NCBI GenBank assembly: GCA_963833985.1
Contig: CAWIAD010000002.1
Span: 5,376,001-5,440,000 of the forward strand
DNA length: 64,000 bases
From: an uncultured Planctomycetaceae bacterium
GTDB taxonomy: Bacteria; Planctomycetota; Planctomycetia; Isosphaerales; Isosphaeraceae
Direction: 5' to 3'
Under the pieces are notes generated by a model. The model did not search any database, was not told where the DNA came from, and worked only from the letters and a program-made list of their open reading frames with translations. A program made the position numbers and the translations under genes. Below are positions 53,587-64,000 of the stretch, one piece after another; positions within the stretch are counted from its first letter, which is position 1, and each line of letters begins with the position of its first letter.

Positions 53587-53829
53587 TCACAGGAGTGAGT
53601 CCTCGCGCCCTCGGCTACCACGGACACGAAGAAGCGTCATCAGCGGGTGGCTGGCAAGCTCGTCGTCCGGAATTGGCCTCTGGAGCAGTTCAAGGACCTG
53701 GGGGAGCGCACTGTCGAGATACATCTCCTCGGCCTCGTCCCAGTCTTTGGCCTTCCCTTCCAGGATGAGGCGAAGAACCGGATCGTCTGTCACTCCGGGC
53801 ACTGGCTCGCTCTCTTGAACGTTCTCCAT
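53587..53829 (-). CDS. small acidic hypothetical protein
   Basis: 80-aa ORF with plausible codon usage, divergent from uvrA. Confidence 0.6.
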   Translation of the reverse strand: MENVQESEPVPGVTDDPVLRLILEGKAKDWDEAEEMYLDSALPQVLELLQRPIPDDELASHPLMTLLRVRGSRGREDSLL

Positions 53830-53937
53830 GACTCGTCCCCCGGGCGCCGCTAGCAGCGTCTTCCGTCCATTGTACGCAGGTCTGGGCTCCAGCCGAACCA
53901 GTCTCCGCGCGTCCTGGTTACAATGGGTATCTCTCGG

Positions 53938-53966
53938 TGGACATCCCTCGAAGACAGGCGTATACT
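53938..53966 (+). promoter_or_regulatory. putative sigma-70 promoter of uvrA
   Basis: TGGACA-N17-TATACT, 59 nt before ATG 54025. Confidence 0.55.
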
Positions 53967-54024
53967 ATTCCTTCCTGGCACTGAATCGTCGAACCGCGGC
54001 AGAATCGAAAGGGACCTTCCAGGG

Positions 54025-60672
<6,648 letters not shown>

Positions 60673-60918
60673 CAGAAAGCCACCGCCCGGAATGCGTGCC
60701 GTTGCCCGGCCGCCGTGCCCGCAATCCGCTGGCCTTTCCGACCAGTGGCCGCTTGGCGTATCATTCAAGATGTCGGGATACGTGCGGGAAGGACCGGACC
60801 GGGAGAGGGAGATCCTTCTGGAACGGCGAACTCCGACGGCGGCGGGAAGGTTGGCACGGCCGTTCCAGGGCGCTGATTGCGCGGCACGCCGCGGGCCTGA
60901 TGCAGAGGTTAGCTGATC

Positions 60919-61428
60919 ATGACGCGACGCTCCCGAGGCCGTGAAGTCGCACTCCAGGTGCTCTACCAGGTCGAGCAGAACCCTGGGATGCCCGTCGCCG
61001 AGGTGCACCAGTTCATCAATCGCCGGACCCTCGGCGAGCCCAGGCTCGTCGAGTTCACGACTGCGCTGGTGGGCGGTGTGCGCGAGCATCAGCCCAGCAT
61101 CGACGCGATGATCCAGCAGGTCGCCGAGAACTGGCGCATCGACCGCATGGCCGCCATCGATCGCAATATCCTGCGGCTGGGGGCCTACGAGGTGCTCTTC
61201 TGCTCCGAAGTTCCCGCCAAGGTCGCCATCAACGAGGCCCTCGAGCTGGCCAAGCGGTACAGCACCTCGCAATCCAGCCGGTTCGTCAACGGCATCCTCG
61301 ACCGCGTGCTCCAGCTCCACGCCGGGGCCGCCGCCACGGAAGGTTCCGAGCACGCGGCCGCCGACACCCCGCAGACGCCTGAGCAGACGCCCGGCGACAC
61401 CGGGCTCGAAGACGAAGCCCCGCGATGA
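60919..61428 (+). CDS. nusB: transcription antitermination factor NusB
   Basis: RRSRGREVALQVLYQ, IDRNILR, VAINEALELAKRYS, FVNGILD. Confidence 0.95.
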   Translation: MTRRSRGREVALQVLYQVEQNPGMPVAEVHQFINRRTLGEPRLVEFTTALVGGVREHQPSIDAMIQQVAENWRIDRMAAIDRNILRLGAYEVLFCSEVPAKVAINEALELAKRYSTSQSSRFVNGILDRVLQLHAGAAATEGSEHAAADTPQTPEQTPGDTGLEDEAPR

Positions 61429-62298
61429 ACGGCCACTGGCGCGGCTTGCGAACAGTCCCCACGCGCGCAGGCCTGCGCCGAGTTCAGGGTGCGGACCTGC
61501 ACGTGCACACCACGCACTCCGACGGTGCCTGCGCCGGGCGAGGTGGTCCGAGCCGCGGCCGGCGTGGGCCTGGCCGCGCTGTCCATCACCGATCATGACA
61601 CGGTCTCTGCCCTGGCGACGGCCCGGCCGGAGGCCGTGCGGCTGGGTATCGAGCTGGTCAGCGGCGTGGAGCTGACCTGTGGCTTCGAGGGCCGCGAGGT
61701 GCATCTGCTTGGACACTTCGTCCGCGCGCAGGACGAACCGCTGGCGGCCGCACTGCACTGGCTGGCGGAAGGACGCCAGGAGCGAATGCGGTCGATGGCC
61801 CAGGCGCTTCGCCAGCAGGGCCTGGCCGTTGATCTGGACATGCTCAACCGCTGGTTCCCCCGCGCGGTCCTGGGCCGGCGGCACGCCGCCCTGTACCTGG
61901 TCCGCACCGGCCAGGTGGCCAGCGAACGCGCGGCGTTCCTCCAGTTCCTGGCGGATGGACGCCCGGCCGACGTGCCCAAGCCGCGGCTCGATGTGTACGC
62001 CGCGATCAACCTGGTGCGGGCGGCCGGTGGAGTGCCCGGCCTGGCGCATCCGCCGTTCGACCTGCGGCTGACCCAGCTTGATGCCCTGGCGAGAGCGAGG
62101 CTGGGGTCGATCGAGGTCGACGGACCGGGGATCTCGGCCCGTCTCGGCCGCCGCTTTTGTGACTGGGCCGCTCAGCTCGGCCTGGTCCCGATCGCCGGCA
62201 GCGACTTCCATGCTCCCGACCGGTCCGGGCGCTGGGTGGGCTCGATCGCGACGACCACCGTGAACCTGGAACGCCTGCGCCAGGCCTGCCGCGGTTGA
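61425..62298 (+). CDS. PHP domain phosphoesterase (frameshift near 61530)
   Basis: DLHVHTTHSDG, ITDHDT, GVEL, LAHP, GSDFH. Confidence 0.9.
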
Positions 62299-62378
62299 GC
62301 CCTGTAGCGGTACCGGAACCGCGAGTCAACGGGGAAGACGCCCCGGTCGCTGGCCGCTGGCCGGGCCCGCGTGATTCC

Positions 62379-62792
62379 TCAGCGCACTCCGAGGGGGATC
62401 GTGGTCGATTTGCCGTTCAGGTCCACGGTCAGGAGGCCGTCCACCTCTCCCTTGGGAAAGAGGGCCGGGCCTGGCGGCGTGACCAGCCCGTCGCCCTCGC
62501 TCTTGAGCGTCACCTTCTTCTTGCCCACGGTGAGCGTTCCGGAGCTGGGTGCCGGCTCGAGGGGCGAGTTCATGTCCTTGAGGAAGTAGAACGTCGCCTC
62601 GCCGCTGACCGGCTCCTTGCTCGAGCCGGCCGTCTTCTTGACCACCTCCACGAAGCCCTGGTTGCCCGGTATCTTCACCAGGCTTCCTCCGTGCGGAGGA
62701 GGAGCGCCCGGGTTGGAAGTGTCAACGCCCTGGCTGCAACCGGCAACCAGCGCGGCGATGAGGACGCAGGCAGCGCGATGGGATCGGATCAT
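62379..62792 (-). CDS. putative lipoprotein downstream of DUF1559 gene
   Basis: Lipobox LVAGC, PPHGG motif. Confidence 0.7.
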   Translation of the reverse strand: MIRSHRAACVLIAALVAGCSQGVDTSNPGAPPPHGGSLVKIPGNQGFVEVVKKTAGSSKEPVSGEATFYFLKDMNSPLEPAPSSGTLTVGKKKVTLKSEGDGLVTPPGPALFPKGEVDGLLTVDLNGKSTTIPLGVR

Positions 62793-62917
62793 CAGTGGAG
62801 TCTCTCCGTGTGCGACGCAAAAAAGCAAGCAACGCGGGACGGCCATGAGGAACCTGGCCATTCCCGGGTTGCTTGCTGAGGTTGAGATTGCCAGCCCCGC
62901 GGCCCGGCACGGTTTTC

Positions 62918-64000
62918 TCAGTAAGAGTCGCCGCTGATCACCTCGCCACCGGCGCGGGTGGAGAGCTGCTGGTAGACGCCAAGCTGCGCGGGAGTCGGCG
63001 GCGTGGTCGAGTTGTTCATGTTCAGCAGGTAGCTGCCCGTCTTGGAAGCGGGGGGCACGGCGGACACGGAGATGAACGTCGTGTTATCGGGCAGGGCGTC
63101 GCCGTAGCTGTCGGCATTGGCCAGGTTGAAGGTCCAGCTGCTCACCGAATTCTTGATGAACCGGACCGAGCCGTCGCAGAAGGCAAAGTTGGCCCCGCCG
63201 GGATGGAAGCTGCCGGCAACCGTCGGGAAATAGTAGCTGTCGTTGGTGTTGCCGCCGAAGGAGATGTTGTTGCCATTGCCGATGTTCAGCGGATACATCG
63301 TGGCGAAGAGGCTGTCATACCAGCGGCCCGAGTTCCACGCGTTGTCCGAGACGGCGTAACCGGGATCGAGCTTGTAGAGCAGCCCCTTGCTATGCTCGCC
63401 AAAGAGGAACGTGTTGCTGGTGCCGTCGGTGATGCTGGCGATCCGCACGGAGCTATCGTTGTAGATGGTGCCGTTGAAGTAGCCCAGCACCGAGCTCATC
63501 ATCAGGTGCGAGAAGCCGAAGGTGAACGTCCCCGCATTGCCGGCATAGCTGGTGTAGGCCTGCTGCCAGTTGCCCGGGATGAGCGTGCTGGAGCTGGTGT
63601 AGGGGGAATCAATGCCGCCGGAGGGGATCAGGTTCCAGCTCCAGCCGGGTGTGATCGAGGAGGAGCGGCTGCCGGGAATCGGGATGGTATCGTTCTGGAC
63701 ATCGCTCGGGCAGACGAGCGAGGCGACGCGTACGCCGCAGATGGTCAGGTTATTGACGTCGGCGGACATCAGGTTGAAGTTCACCGATGTGTACATCGGC
63801 GCCTGCTCGAGGTACGGGAGCATGAACACGAAGCAGCTCCAGCTCTCGGGGTAGGTGCCCCAGTGCGGGGGGTTGAATAGCTGGCCGGAGAACGAGCCGC
63901 CCGGGAAACAGCCGTTGGCCGACTCGTAGTTGCTGGCGGCCAGGGCAAGCTGCTTGAGGTTGTTGGTGCACTGCGCGCGGCGGGCCGCCTCACGGGCCGA
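62918..64000 (-). CDS. DUF1559 prepilin-type protein (5' end outside the window)
   Basis: [45 protein letters not shown]. Confidence 0.93.
   Translation of the reverse strand, partial: SAREAARRAQCTNNLKQLALAASNYESANGCFPGGSFSGQLFNPPHWGTYPESWSCFVFMLPYLEQAPMYTSVNFNLMSADVNNLTICGVRVASLVCPSDVQNDTIPIPGSRSSSITPGWSWNLIPSGGIDSPYTSSSTLIPGNWQQAYTSYAGNAGTFTFGFSHLMMSSVLGYFNGTIYNDSSVRIASITDGTSNTFLFGEHSKGLLYKLDPGYAVSDNAWNSGRWYDSLFATMYPLNIGNGNNISFGGNTNDSYYFPTVAGSFHPGGANFAFCDGSVRFIKNSVSSWTFNLANADSYGDALPDNTTFISVSAVPPASKTGSYLLNMNNSTTPPTPAQLGVYQQLSTRAGGEVISGDSY

Overview
GC-rich bacterial chromosomal window, very probably from a planctomycete (Isosphaeraceae-like): it carries DUF1549, two DUF1559 prepilin-type genes, two LEPR-XLL extracellular proteins and a double-length UvrA. 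Many genes, including housekeeping ones (queA, sigma factor, uvrA), have single-base frameshifts that look like long-read assembly indels. Contents: an intact IS630; a heterodimeric ABC exporter pair split by a Fic gene; SDR, Ser/Thr kinase, GNAT, XRE regulator, GT4, QueA, an acyltransferase-3 with an ankyrin insertion, a sigma-70 factor and a P-II/HAD pair; a divergent type IV pilus/T2SS-like cluster whose secretin ends in two LysM domains; a Kdo hydroxylase; a large FG-GAP/MBG adhesin; uvrA-nusB-PHP. The most striking structure is a three-level nest at 44236-48424. A dispersed GTGG-hairpin (REP-like) repeat is split by a group II intron (44400-48408, minus strand) whose candidate EBS1 matches the conserved ATTCCA of the repeat. 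The intron's reverse transcriptase gene is in turn split exactly in its PQGxxISP motif by a 2011-bp large-serine-recombinase element with perfect 19-bp inverted ends and a duplicated palindromic GATC core. The recombinase has no stop codon of its own, so its C-terminus depends on whether the element is integrated or circular.
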